A stretch of DNA of 64,000 nucleotides from an uncultured Alphaproteobacteria bacterium (GCA_944390195.1 CALXOZ010000001.1:154663-218662); one strand, 5' to 3'; counted from the first letter of the stretch, positions 1-9,505 are shown. Numbers and translations: made by a program. Notes: generated from the letters alone by a model not told the origin.

Positions 1-1
1 T

Positions 2-223
2 CCTTTTAGAAACGCTCATCATATTACGGGGCAAATTGTCAAGTTTGCCGAAAAAAACGGTTTATGTTTAAAAGATGTCCCCTTGCCGGAAATGCAGAAA
101 ATTTGCCCGCAGATTACGGCTGAGGTATACAATGTTTTAGATGTTGTACATTCTTTGAACGACCGGAAAAGTTATGGTGGGACGGCACCGCAACAATTGC
201 GTGAAAGATTGCAGGAAATATGA
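2..223 (+). CDS. argH: argininosuccinate lyase, C-terminal fragment (gene starts upstream of the window)
   Basis: Frame 2 translates to ...VKFAEKNGLCLKDVPLPEMQKICPQITAEVYNVLDVVHSLNDRKSYGGTAPQQLRERLQEI with stop at 221-223. The SYGGTAPQQ tail is typical of ArgH C-termini. Confidence 0.55.
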   Translation, partial: PFRNAHHITGQIVKFAEKNGLCLKDVPLPEMQKICPQITAEVYNVLDVVHSLNDRKSYGGTAPQQLRERLQEI

Positions 224-403
224 TTTTTTTTGAAAAATTTTTTATCAATCCGTGTCCGTTAACGGTTTGGATTTTAAAAATTTTTCATAGACGGAAAAGT
301 TGTTTATCGAAAAAAAATATTTTTTTCGAAAATACTTTTATTTTTTTGCGATTTTTTGTACAATTGCTTTTTTAATCAATTCTTTTTCTCTGTAGAGGAA
401 AAT

Positions 404-1141
404 ATGGAAAATATTTTTTCTGATGAAACTGAAACGACATTGCTTGCGCAAAGATCAATGATTTTATCCGCCCCTTCTATTGATGCAAAACAATTGGCAT
501 TACTGGAAGGTGAAGTAAAACATAGATTGGAGTTGTTTTTAAAAGGGGATTTGGAAGTCGATCCTCAAGAATCCCCCTTGTTTTACAGCTTTATAAAAGT
601 TTTCAGTGAAACGGATGATCCGGATTTGAAAATGTGCGCGAAAAAAGCCGAAGCAAAAATAATTCCGTTACTGAAACAATTTGATCAATCCGCCGGATAT
701 GAACAGTTGATGAAAGTTTCTCCCGAAGAAATGGAACGTAATCTTTCTGATCTGGACGGTTTTGAAAAAATAAATCCTTTTGAATGTGATGATCAAGGGC
801 GCTTGATTTTCACTCAGTTCCGTCTTGTAAAAAAAGTGTTGGACAATGTGGAAATCACAGATGATGAAAACACTTCGACACTTGATGCCGGTGAAGCGAA
901 TGAAACGTTTCAGGAAACGATTCTGGAAACGGCAAGGTTGAAAACATATATGCGTTTATGCGTGTCGTGCAGTGAAATAACACAGGCGGATTATTTGGAT
1001 ACTCTACAGATGGAAATGGAAAAGGCTTTGGTGATTTTGTTTGTTATGGATAAGACCTCTGAAGTCAAATATCCTTTGGACGGTTTTCAAGCGGAAAAAA
1101 TCCATAATGAGTTTAAAAAATTAATAGATACCCTTGAATAG
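404..1141 (+). CDS. hypothetical acidic cytoplasmic protein, first gene of a two-gene operon
   Basis: Long ORF with likely true start MENIFSDE at 404 preceded by a GAGGAA RBS. Acidic, with no transmembrane segment or signal peptide. Stop lies 9 nt before the next ORF. No family recognised. Confidence 0.5.
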   Translation: MENIFSDETETTLLAQRSMILSAPSIDAKQLALLEGEVKHRLELFLKGDLEVDPQESPLFYSFIKVFSETDDPDLKMCAKKAEAKIIPLLKQFDQSAGYEQLMKVSPEEMERNLSDLDGFEKINPFECDDQGRLIFTQFRLVKKVLDNVEITDDENTSTLDAGEANETFQETILETARLKTYMRLCVSCSEITQADYLDTLQMEMEKALVILFVMDKTSEVKYPLDGFQAEKIHNEFKKLIDTLE

Positions 1142-1150
1142 GTAACGATT

Positions 1151-2080
1151 ATGACTCAATGTGTTGAAAAAAATACTCCCAAAAAATTAAGTCTGCGTAA
1201 AAATACGCTTGAATTGTTTGTTTCGGCGACAGCTCAAGGTGTTATAAATGCAAAAGAACGTATCAAACAAAAAAAAGAAACGATTTTGCATAAATTACCT
1301 TTATTGGAAAAAATAGACCGTAAAATCAAGGCGTTTGATAAATTGATGGAAAGAAAACACGGACAGGTCTATTTAAAGTTGCGCGATAGTGCTAAAAACA
1401 TTACCAGAACTGTTGTGGCGGCGCATTTGTTCGGTATCCCCGGTGTTATCGGTATGTGTGCTTATAAAACATGTGAAAAGACGATTTCTTTGTTGGAACC
1501 GGCTCAAAAGGCAAAACAAAAAGGGGAAACGCGAGGCGTTTTGGATTATTTAGCTAAAAATAAAAATGAAGCGAATTTCACTTTAACCTCAGGTGCTTTA
1601 AGTATTGCGTCCGCAACATGTGATGTTATCGGGGCTTATGCCGCCAAAGGCGTTATTCGTGTCGGTAAAGCTTCTTTATTAATTACTCCGGAAGTGAAAA
1701 AATTTGTGCAGACAACCGGAAAATGGTTCCAAGGTCGGGAATCTTTTGTTGAAGTTAAACGTGATGCGGCTGTAATGGGGATTACGTTCGGGACATATTT
1801 CATTTCCGAAGTGCCCATGACACGCGGATCAAAAAAACAAGAGGATATTAATCATCCAAGCAACTTGATGAATGATACTTTGCCTCAGAAATCTCCTCAG
1901 AAAAAAGTACAAGATTGTATCCATAACCTTCAAAAGGTTTTTGAAACAGGACTGCACTTTAACAAAAACAAAGAAAACACCGATCGGAATAAGAAAGAAA
2001 CAATTTTAAAAAGTAACGATAAAGAAACTTGTACTCAAATAAATATATCAGACATTAAAAATAGAAAAGGCGGACGGTAA
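1151..2080 (+). CDS. hypothetical basic protein with two Gly/Ala-rich hydrophobic segments and a Lys-rich C-terminal tail
   Basis: ORF is tightly coupled to the upstream gene. Contains AAHLFGIPGVIGMCAY and SGALSIASATCDVIGAYAAKGVI, which are Gly-zipper-like putative membrane-interacting helices. No family recognised. Confidence 0.5.
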   Translation: MTQCVEKNTPKKLSLRKNTLELFVSATAQGVINAKERIKQKKETILHKLPLLEKIDRKIKAFDKLMERKHGQVYLKLRDSAKNITRTVVAAHLFGIPGVIGMCAYKTCEKTISLLEPAQKAKQKGETRGVLDYLAKNKNEANFTLTSGALSIASATCDVIGAYAAKGVIRVGKASLLITPEVKKFVQTTGKWFQGRESFVEVKRDAAVMGITFGTYFISEVPMTRGSKKQEDINHPSNLMNDTLPQKSPQKKVQDCIHNLQKVFETGLHFNKNKENTDRNKKETILKSNDKETCTQINISDIKNRKGGR

Positions 2081-2156
2081 AAGATCTGTTTTGTATGATA
2101 AAATAAAAGCTTTTTAACGGTATTGTTAAAAAGCTTTTAATTTTTAATGGTCGGAA

Positions 2157-3263
2157 TTATCTTCCCCGATTTTTGTTTTTCATTTTTAAATTATTGATTT
2201 GTGTTTCTTTTTCTTGTCTTGAACGGGAATGACCGGCTACCATTTTCATGACCTGCCCCAATTCATCAGGATCTTTTATGGAAATGGTTGGATAACAAGT
2301 ATCATTTCTATCTGTAATTCTGTTTTGTTCTCCGTTCATTACATGAATGACGAAAACACGATCCAAAGCCCCTTTCTTTTGGAAATAGTCTCTGACAGCT
2401 TCGACCATATCGCGATCAGTTCCGTTTTTTGCCAAACTGTCTCCCATAACAATAACAGGACCGCCCGCTTTATAGGCTTCTTCCAAGAACCCTGATTTTT
2501 CAACACCGTTACGTTTGCTTTGGTTTTTTGATCTGATTTCCATAGACCCTGTCGGTTCAACCGTGTAAAACAAGGCGTTATTCGGATTTTCGGGAGCGTT
2601 AATGTCTTTTGTGCCGTCCGGATTTTGTCCATTCATAATCTGTTTCATTCCGGTATCGACATATTCAAAAACCTCTTTACCGACTAAAGGGGATTCTTTT
2701 ATAAAATCGCTGAGATTGATATAACTGAGATGTTTCTTGTATTCTGCAAGAATTTTTCCTCGTGTTTCGGGCCAACGTTTAAAAATATCCGTTTTCAACT
2801 TTAAAACACGTTCTCCGACATATCTTTCAAATTTTTGTTCTTTAAAAGAATCTTGTGGAGACGCAGAACGCCGTAAGACGGTCGTTTCGCCATTATTGAT
2901 TAATAAACGACCGTGTCCGGCAACACCGGAAGCTTTTTCAAAATCTTTTACTCCCCCCAATAAATCATAGAAAGCCCCGTCCGGAATTTTTTGTGATGTT
3001 ACATCATTAATGCGTACGTCCGCCCAATGACGTCCTGTAACAATGTAATAAGAACTGCCCGTTTGAGGCAATGAGGTTAAGGCGCGCCTTATATCCGGTT
3101 GCATATAACAACCCGATTTTCCCGTTTCCGCTTTGTTTTCGGCGGCATAATCCGCATTGAATTCCAAACAAGATGTTTTATCCAGATCAGTAAAAACACA
3201 AACAGGTTTTTGATCGGCTTGGGACAACAAGCGTGTTAAATTTTTGCGTGAAATTGCGTCCAT
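2157..3263 (-). CDS. HAD-superfamily (type IIB-like, trehalose-phosphatase-like) hydrolase
   Basis: N-terminal DxDxT motif (FTDLDKT). Motif II IVTGR. C-terminal VIVMGDSLAKNGTDRD (GD...D motif IV). RBS AAGGATAA sits before the ATG at 3263. Confidence 0.55.
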   Translation of the reverse strand: MDAISRKNLTRLLSQADQKPVCVFTDLDKTSCLEFNADYAAENKAETGKSGCYMQPDIRRALTSLPQTGSSYYIVTGRHWADVRINDVTSQKIPDGAFYDLLGGVKDFEKASGVAGHGRLLINNGETTVLRRSASPQDSFKEQKFERYVGERVLKLKTDIFKRWPETRGKILAEYKKHLSYINLSDFIKESPLVGKEVFEYVDTGMKQIMNGQNPDGTKDINAPENPNNALFYTVEPTGSMEIRSKNQSKRNGVEKSGFLEEAYKAGGPVIVMGDSLAKNGTDRDMVEAVRDYFQKKGALDRVFVIHVMNGEQNRITDRNDTCYPTISIKDPDELGQVMKMVAGHSRSRQEKETQINNLKMKNKNRGR

Positions 3264-3714
3264 GACATTATCCTTTTTTATTTTCAGTGTAGATAAATAC
3301 AGATGTTTTTCAATATTAAATTTTTTTTAAATATGTTTATGGCTTTTTTAACGAAAGAAAAAAATAATGGCATTTTTAAAAGCTGTAAAAAATAACTATT
3401 GTTTCATAATATGATAAAAAAAGTACGTTTTGTATTTATTTTCTCATACGGTTGTTTTTCTGAAAAATATAGATTTGGTTTTTGTTTGTGGGATCAAAGT
3501 CAGACAGAATGCTGATTTGGCTGAAAATTTAACTCTTGTTGATTGAAATAGTGATTTTCTTGTGCTCTTTTTCGCCTTTGTTGGAAAAATTCTTTTATAG
3601 TATGAATTAAAAAATTATTTTGATGTCGAAACTGTCTAAAAGTGACTTTTGATTTCAAAACTGCGATAATTGAAAAAAACATTAATTCGTTTTACCGTTT
3701 TATTTTGATGTATT

Positions 3715-4059
3715 TTGACGTCTTGGGAGATCGAAAAGAACAGCATGCAACACGAACCTTCTTTCTTATCCGCTTTTTTAGGGTTGATTTTCGTCCTAGG
3801 GATTATTTTTCTGATTTCGTTTCTTTTTAAAAAATTCGGTTCTTCTTTTATACCGGGAACGGTTAAAAATAAAAAAAATTCAGAACTAATTTTAATGGAT
3901 TGTAAAACGGTTGATTTGAAAAATCGCTTAATTCTCGTTCGCTGTAAAAATAAAGAATATTTGTTAATCATCGGAGAAAATAATACTTTAATAGATTCTT
4001 TTGACGTAAAGAATGAAAGTTGCTGTGAAAATCAAGAGGTCGTTCATGACAATACTTAA
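3715..4059 (+). CDS. fliO: flagellar biosynthesis protein FliO-like (start may be the internal Met at 3745)
   Basis: Small protein with a single transmembrane segment (FLSAFLGLIFVLGIIFLISFLF), immediately upstream of and overlapping fliP. The LILVRCKNKEYLLIIGENNTLI segment is typical of FliO. Confidence 0.5.
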   Translation: MTSWEIEKNSMQHEPSFLSAFLGLIFVLGIIFLISFLFKKFGSSFIPGTVKNKKNSELILMDCKTVDLKNRLILVRCKNKEYLLIIGENNTLIDSFDVKNESCCENQEVVHDNT

Positions 4060-4783
4060 AAAATCCCTGATACCAGCCTTTTTTTGTTTAATGGCTGAGG
4101 TCGCTCGGGCGCAAAGCATTAATATAGATTTAGCAGATGGCGGAGGATCTTCAACAGCAAGAATCGTCCAACTGGTTTTATTGTTGACGGTTTTATCCAT
4201 TGCGCCAAGCATATTGATCATGGTGACTTCGTTTACCAGAATCGTTGTTGTTTTTTCCATCACACGACAAGCTCTTGGGACATCACAGACACCTTCCAAT
4301 ATGATTTTAATTTCTCTTGCTTTGTTTATGACGGGCTTTATCATGACTCCGACTTTTGAAAAGGCGTGGCAAGACGGTCTTTATCCGTTGATTGAAGAAA
4401 AAATAGAAACAAAAACAGCTGTTCAACGCACAATACAACCTTTTAAAACTTTTATGCTGCAAAATGTAAGAGAAAAAGATTTGCAGTTATTCATCGATTT
4501 TTCAAAAACTTCTAAATTCGAAAAAAAAGAGGATATCTCTTTATCGACACTCATTCCCGCTTTTATGATCAGTGAATTGAGGCGTGCTTTTGAAATCGGT
4601 TTTTTGATTTTCATTCCTTTCCTGATTATCGACATGGTTATCGCTTCCATACTGATGAGCATGGGAATGATGATGCTTCCGCCTTCCATGCTTTCCCTTC
4701 CGTTCAAACTGATTTTCTTTGTTATCGTGGACGGGTGGTACATGTTAGTCGGAAGCCTTGTCAGAAGCTTTTCCGGTTCCTAG
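4046..4783 (+). CDS. fliP: flagellar type III export apparatus protein FliP
   Basis: Signal-like N-terminus MTILKKSLIPAFFCLMAEVARAQ. Conserved FliP blocks present (SSTARIVQLVLLLTVLSIAPSILIMVTSFTRIVVVFSI, ALGTSQTPSN, FLIFIPFLIIDMVIASILMSMGMMMLPP). Confidence 0.85.
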   Translation: MTILKKSLIPAFFCLMAEVARAQSINIDLADGGGSSTARIVQLVLLLTVLSIAPSILIMVTSFTRIVVVFSITRQALGTSQTPSNMILISLALFMTGFIMTPTFEKAWQDGLYPLIEEKIETKTAVQRTIQPFKTFMLQNVREKDLQLFIDFSKTSKFEKKEDISLSTLIPAFMISELRRAFEIGFLIFIPFLIIDMVIASILMSMGMMMLPPSMLSLPFKLIFFVIVDGWYMLVGSLVRSFSGS

Positions 4784-4791
4784 TTGAACTG

Positions 4792-7700
4792 CTAAAACGA
4801 ATAAATCACGGTTGCAGAAATGTTTTGCATGGATGATTTTGATCCGCTTGTATTGCTGAATAACAGGTTCAACTTGATATTTTCGGATATTTGACCGTTT
4901 ATTCCGAAACCGATTGTAAACAAAGAAGTTTCTTCGCTGTCTAAAGAATTGAACATTGTTTGCAATGAATCCGAACTGAAATAGGCTTGGGTCGAAGACG
5001 AACCTCCGGATAAATAGTGATCGTAACGCAAATCCAAGAAGATGTATTCAGGCTTGAACATAAACATTTGGAACGGTGCTGAAACAAAACCGGATATCAA
5101 TCCTGCGGACATCATTATGCCCGTATCGGACGCTTTTTTAACGGAAAGGTTAAGATCTGAATTTCCAGTTTCCTGATAAGCGTCTTGATTGATTTGTGTA
5201 AAGGTCAATCCAGCATAGGGTCTGAACGACCAATCACCGGCGTTCATGGGGATTTGTTGAAAATCGTATCCGACATTGACTGTTGCTTCCAAGCTTGTTC
5301 CATCAAAGGAAGCTTGACTTTCAAAAGTTTTTATGGGCAGTTCAGTTACCCTTTTTTTATCATAGCTTTGGAAGCCGAGCATTAATGCTCCGTTAACAGA
5401 CCAGAAATCTTTTTGACGACTGAAATAGGCCCCCAGACGAAGATCCGTTATGTCCATTGAATCGGAATCCTGTTCTACCGAAGTGGTTGCATAACCTGCC
5501 GTCAACCCCCATAAGAAATCTTTTGAATGAACGAAATCCCATCCGAACATCAATCCGCTTCCAGAGCTTTCAGCATCGCCTCTTTGAGCTTCTTCACCGG
5601 CCTCAAAAGTTCCTTTGCCGTATAAGATTTGTCCCCACACTTCGTTTTGAGCGGCAAATTTATTTCCGCCGGAACGCCCTTGCGGACGATAGCGTTTATA
5701 AACATCCGGCCGCGAAGGGACATAGTAGTGATAATCGTCCTGAGGCGTGTTACCAGGCCGGTAGTTGCGATAAACGTCGGGACGCGAAGGGACGGAATAA
5801 TTGTAATCGTCTTGAGGTGTGTTTCCCGGTCGATAATTACGATAGACATCAACGCCGCCCGCACCGGATTCAGCGCCTGATCCAGATGCGACGGAAGGTT
5901 CTGTCCGAGGAGTGTAATATTCTTTTGTATTTTGATATTGTTGAGGTGTTTTGCCGATCTGGCGTTCAAACAAATGAGTCCGTATCCCCGCGGACAGCTT
6001 GTTTGACAAAGGCAATGAAGCGAAATGTATCGGTTTTACCTGATCATTCATTTTATTAATTTGTTTTTTCAGATCGGCTTCGCTGAAAAAGTAGTATCCT
6101 GAAAAATCGTTATAGTGTTCGTTTTTAAACAAATTATCAATAGTAGCGGCTGTCTGACGTTCACTGTCCGTTAAAGATGGAGAGTTGCCTTTATAGGATA
6201 ATGAAAGGTAATCCAATGAAACGGAAACGGTTTTTGCCGTATCGTCTATGGTTGTGTTTGCCGTAACGAATGGACTAAGATTACTGCTACTTTCAAAATT
6301 TTCCGAGATTGTTATAGAATTTGTCGCTGTTAGAATTGTGTAAGATTGGTCTTGACCGAATTCCGGCAAGTTCGCAACATCTATGGACAGTTTTCCACTG
6401 GCAAGATTCAAATCCGTTACAGTCATTTGCTGCAGTTGGGTCGGGTCGTTGATATCTGGAGATAAAACGATAATACCGTAATTGATTAAGGTGTCCGGTT
6501 GTGATGTCAGGTATAAGTTACCGCCCGGTTGGTTGACCAAGGTACCCCCTTTAACGGTGTTTTGCTGTAATGTTGCACCATTGTAAACCGTTCCGGTGTT
6601 TTCAATGACAGCATTTACGGTACCGGTGTTGATATAAAAATTTGCAGTGTTGATGATTTTATTTGTAATGTTTCCGCCATCGAAATAAAAATCTTGCGCG
6701 TTTGTCAAATCAGAAATCGTCCCTGTTCCGGATAAGTAAAAAATGGAAGAGTTTTCTACCGATCCGACAGAACCGCCGGATAAATTCGTTGTTCCTGCAT
6801 TGATTAAACTTTGGATTGTTCCGGAATCGATTTGAATTGTGCCGTTCGCTTGTGACGATACGGTATTATTAACGGTTCCTCCATTGACATAAAATGTTCC
6901 GGCGGAAACATTGACGGCTCCGGCCAAGGAACCTGTCAATTTCAAAGTACCCTCTTCAACAAGAGTGGTTCCTAAATAAGTGTTCTGTCCGGCAAGAGTT
7001 AAAGTCCCCTTGCCTAATTTTTTTAAACCGACATTAGCTTCCGGATGTGTTGTTGCTGTTGTTGTTGGCGTTGCTTTGCGTTGTGAGATATTATTGCTCC
7101 ATGTGCTGTCATAGTTTTGAACGTCTATTGTGTAAACATATTCGTTGTTAACATAATCGGTCTGTTCCGAAAGCCGGTTAGCATCAAGATATCCGGGACC
7201 TTTGATTGCACTGGCTAAGTCGATAATGCCCTGTCCGAACACATCACTATAGGAAACATCAACGCAATAAACACCGCCTGATGAACAAGAATAGGCACCC
7301 CCCAATTCCGCTTGAACGATAGTGTTTTTTTGTGCATCAGTCCATTCTCTGCCATAGCCATCACTTGTGCCGAAAAATAAAAATTGTGATTTTCCATTAT
7401 CTTTTTGGATCATATAGTCGCTGAAGGCAGCATAATTTTTATTCGCTGTGGAAAAAAGAACATCGGCAAGTTGTTTTCCCCCCATGTACGGAAATGCGCT
7501 GGATACAACGGCGGCGGCGCCTGAAATCATGGGAGCTGCTGCGGAAGTTCCTGAAAAAGAACCATAAGAGGTCGCACTATCGGATGAGGCTGCTGTCAAA
7601 GATCCGACGGGAGCGGTTAATGACCATTCTTGCGCCCCTTGTGCCAAGTTCGTATAACTGGCTAGAAAATACGGGCTGGAAACAGAATAAAAAGGATCAT

Positions 7701-8367
7701 AAGCTATAGCGCTGATGATGTTGTTTTTAAGTGTCGGATCCTGTACCGGCAAGGAGGCGGGAAAAGCGTTGGGAGATAATGATGTTTCGTTACCTGCCGA
7801 AGCAACGATCAATTTGTCTTTGGCAACCAGATATTTTGCCGCGTTGACATAATCTGATATATCCGACGGTACGTTTACTGATCCGAAACTGTTATTGATG
7901 ATTTTTACTGAATCATACATATCGCCGCTTAATGTCTGCCATGCGCGTAAAACAGTATAACATGTCGGACAATCGACTTCATCATCCAAATCTATGGCAA
8001 AGGCTAAAATTTTCGCGTTATAAGCGACACCGTGCATACCCAAACCGTCTTTTTGTCCGGCAATGATGCTTGATACGGGGGTTCCGTGGTCTGCTATGTC
8101 TTGAACATTGAAATCGGTTTGTTGCAAATCACTGAATTGTTCGGAGAACTCTTGATGATCCACCAATGTGGCATTGTCGACAACGGCAACTGTTACTCCT
8201 GATCCGGTGAAACCTGCGGCGTAAGCGGCTGCGGCTCCCAAGGCATCATAAGCCAATCTATTAGCATTATATTCGTCTTCCGATGTTACAGGGGTTTCTG
8301 TCTCTTGTGCCAAAGCGTTTTGAGATAACAGCATTGAAATTAAAAAAAGCAGAGTTCTTTTATTCAT
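4792..8367 (-). CDS. autotransporter with subtilisin-like (S8) serine protease passenger domain
   Basis: Signal peptide MNKRTLLFLISMLLSQNALAQ. S8 motifs present (DHGTPVSSIIAG, GTSAAAPMISGAAAVV). C-terminal beta-barrel translocator ends ...ATVIYSF. Internal 24-aa tandem repeats. Confidence 0.85.
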   Translation of the reverse strand: MNKRTLLFLISMLLSQNALAQETETPVTSEDEYNANRLAYDALGAAAAYAAGFTGSGVTVAVVDNATLVDHQEFSEQFSDLQQTDFNVQDIADHGTPVSSIIAGQKDGLGMHGVAYNAKILAFAIDLDDEVDCPTCYTVLRAWQTLSGDMYDSVKIINNSFGSVNVPSDISDYVNAAKYLVAKDKLIVASAGNETSLSPNAFPASLPVQDPTLKNNIISAIAYDPFYSVSSPYFLASYTNLAQGAQEWSLTAPVGSLTAASSDSATSYGSFSGTSAAAPMISGAAAVVSSAFPYMGGKQLADVLFSTANKNYAAFSDYMIQKDNGKSQFLFFGTSDGYGREWTDAQKNTIVQAELGGAYSCSSGGVYCVDVSYSDVFGQGIIDLASAIKGPGYLDANRLSEQTDYVNNEYVYTIDVQNYDSTWSNNISQRKATPTTTATTHPEANVGLKKLGKGTLTLAGQNTYLGTTLVEEGTLKLTGSLAGAVNVSAGTFYVNGGTVNNTVSSQANGTIQIDSGTIQSLINAGTTNLSGGSVGSVENSSIFYLSGTGTISDLTNAQDFYFDGGNITNKIINTANFYINTGTVNAVIENTGTVYNGATLQQNTVKGGTLVNQPGGNLYLTSQPDTLINYGIIVLSPDINDPTQLQQMTVTDLNLASGKLSIDVANLPEFGQDQSYTILTATNSITISENFESSSNLSPFVTANTTIDDTAKTVSVSLDYLSLSYKGNSPSLTDSERQTAATIDNLFKNEHYNDFSGYYFFSEADLKKQINKMNDQVKPIHFASLPLSNKLSAGIRTHLFERQIGKTPQQYQNTKEYYTPRTEPSVASGSGAESGAGGVDVYRNYRPGNTPQDDYNYSVPSRPDVYRNYRPGNTPQDDYHYYVPSRPDVYKRYRPQGRSGGNKFAAQNEVWGQILYGKGTFEAGEEAQRGDAESSGSGLMFGWDFVHSKDFLWGLTAGYATTSVEQDSDSMDITDLRLGAYFSRQKDFWSVNGALMLGFQSYDKKRVTELPIKTFESQASFDGTSLEATVNVGYDFQQIPMNAGDWSFRPYAGLTFTQINQDAYQETGNSDLNLSVKKASDTGIMMSAGLISGFVSAPFQMFMFKPEYIFLDLRYDHYLSGGSSSTQAYFSSDSLQTMFNSLDSEETSLFTIGFGINGQISENIKLNLLFSNTSGSKSSMQNISATVIYSF
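5685..5860 (-). repeat. about 2.3 copies of a 72-bp in-frame tandem repeat inside the autotransporter gene (encodes PDVYRNYRPGNTPQDDY[N/H]Y[S/Y]VPSR)
   Basis: Near-identical 72-nt units are visible directly in the DNA. The protein shows PDVYRNYRPGNTPQDDYNYSVPSR / PDVYRNYRPGNTPQDDYHYYVPSR / PDVYKRYRP. Confidence 0.8.
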
Positions 8368-8378
8368 ATTTCTTGCCC

Positions 8379-8678
8379 TTATGAAAGGTTAAAAGGGATG
8401 GAACTGGAATATTTGGAAAATATGGATTCCATTTTCGTTGCGAAACCATATTTCATTTCAATATTTGAGATTTTTTGCTTTAAATGTTCGTCTTGATTTT
8501 CAAGGCGGATTTCTTTAATCTTTTCTTTATATACTTTCTTGAACTTCAGTATATTAAGAATGATCATGTCTTTCAACGGATATTTTTTGTCATTTCCGTT
8601 TTTATCGTCTGACCTTTTTACAGAAACATCTGTAAAAACAAAAGACATGGAATATGGTATAAAAAGATGTTTTTCCAT
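8379..8678 (-). CDS. hypothetical small protein
   Basis: 99-aa ORF between the autotransporter and rubrerythrin. Weak RBS. No recognisable motif. Confidence 0.3.
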   Translation of the reverse strand: MEKHLFIPYSMSFVFTDVSVKRSDDKNGNDKKYPLKDMIILNILKFKKVYKEKIKEIRLENQDEHLKQKISNIEMKYGFATKMESIFSKYSSSIPFNLS

Positions 8679-8786
8679 ATATTATCTCAAAGGTTAAAAT
8701 TTTTTTATAGCATAACCTTAAAGAATATATGAATCATTAAAAAAAAGCGGGTATTTTATCCCCGCTTTTAAAATTAACATTTTATT

Positions 8787-9281
8787 TTAATCGATTTTAA
8801 TGAACATTTTTCCGCTTGCCTTGCAAATAGGGCATTGTTCGGGAATGTTTCCGACAATTGTTTCACCGCAAACAGGGCAGACATAAATGTCGGCAGCGAT
8901 ATTGTTACCCAAGTTTTCCAAAGCGTCTTTATAAAGACGGGCATGCGTTTTTTCTACCGTGTTCGCCATGGAAAACGAACGTTCGGCCGTTTTGTTGCCT
9001 GATTTTTGAGCTTCTTCAATCATTGGAGGGTACATACTTTCAAATTCATAAGTTTCCCCGTTAATAGCCTCTTGCAGATTTTCTTTTGTTGTTAGTATCT
9101 TATTAGCAGCGCGTAAATGATTTCCGGCATGGATTTTTTCTGCGCTTGCAGCTGCGCGGAATAATTTTGCAACTTGAGTGTAACCTTCTTTATCGGCTTG
9201 AACAGCAAAAGCGCTGTATTTTTGATAAGCTTGTGATTCTCCTGCAAAAGCAGCCATTAAATTATCCAAAGTATTTGACAT
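8787..9281 (-). CDS. rbr: rubrerythrin
   Basis: True start is MSNTLDNLMAAFAGESQAYQKY (ATG at 9281 with an AGGAAAC RBS). The track ORF is a spurious extension across the tRNA. Ferritin-like di-iron region plus C-terminal rubredoxin-like CPVCG...CPIC. Confidence 0.85.
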   Translation of the reverse strand: MSNTLDNLMAAFAGESQAYQKYSAFAVQADKEGYTQVAKLFRAAASAEKIHAGNHLRAANKILTTKENLQEAINGETYEFESMYPPMIEEAQKSGNKTAERSFSMANTVEKTHARLYKDALENLGNNIAADIYVCPVCGETIVGNIPEQCPICKASGKMFIKID

Positions 9282-9382
9282 GAATAAGTTTCCTTGTTGT
9301 TTAGAATTATTATAAAAAACATTATATGTCTTTTTTTTATTAAAGCAACTAAAAAAACAAAGTAAAAGATCATATAAAAAAC

Positions 9383-9411
9383 TTGATATAATCAAGCAAA
9401 CAGAGTAAATA
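9383..9411 (+). promoter_or_regulatory. sigma70-like promoter for tRNA-Arg (TTGATA-N17-TAAATA)
   Basis: TTGATA at 9383-9388 and TAAATA at 9406-9411, 11 nt before the mature tRNA 5' end. The -35 region also forms an imperfect TTGAT-N3-ATCAA dyad. Confidence 0.35.
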
Positions 9412-9422
9412 CTCTTATAAGT

Positions 9423-9499
9423 GGTCTCGTAGCTCAGCTGGATAGAGCAACAGCCTTCTAAGCTGTGGGTCGAGCGTTCGAATCGCTCCGAGATCACCA
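9423..9499 (+). tRNA. tRNA-Arg (anticodon TCT)
   Basis: Manual cloverleaf fold: acceptor GGTCTCG/CGAGATC, D-stem GCTC/GAGC, anticodon stem ACAGC/GCTGT with loop CTTCTAA, T-stem GAGCG/CGCTC with loop TTCGAAT, discriminator A, encoded CCA. Confidence 0.9.
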
Positions 9500-9505
9500 A
9501 TATCA

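Noticed and set aside
3264-3714. CtrA-like TTAA-N7-TTAA boxes upstream of fliO
   Set aside because: Only imperfect matches (TTAA-N8-TAAA; TTAA-N7-TACC) in very AT-rich DNA. Not above background.
5457-6059. 200-aa plus-strand ORF inside the autotransporter gene
   Set aside because: Antisense to the repeat-containing autotransporter frame. Arg/His-rich nonsense typical of shadow frames.
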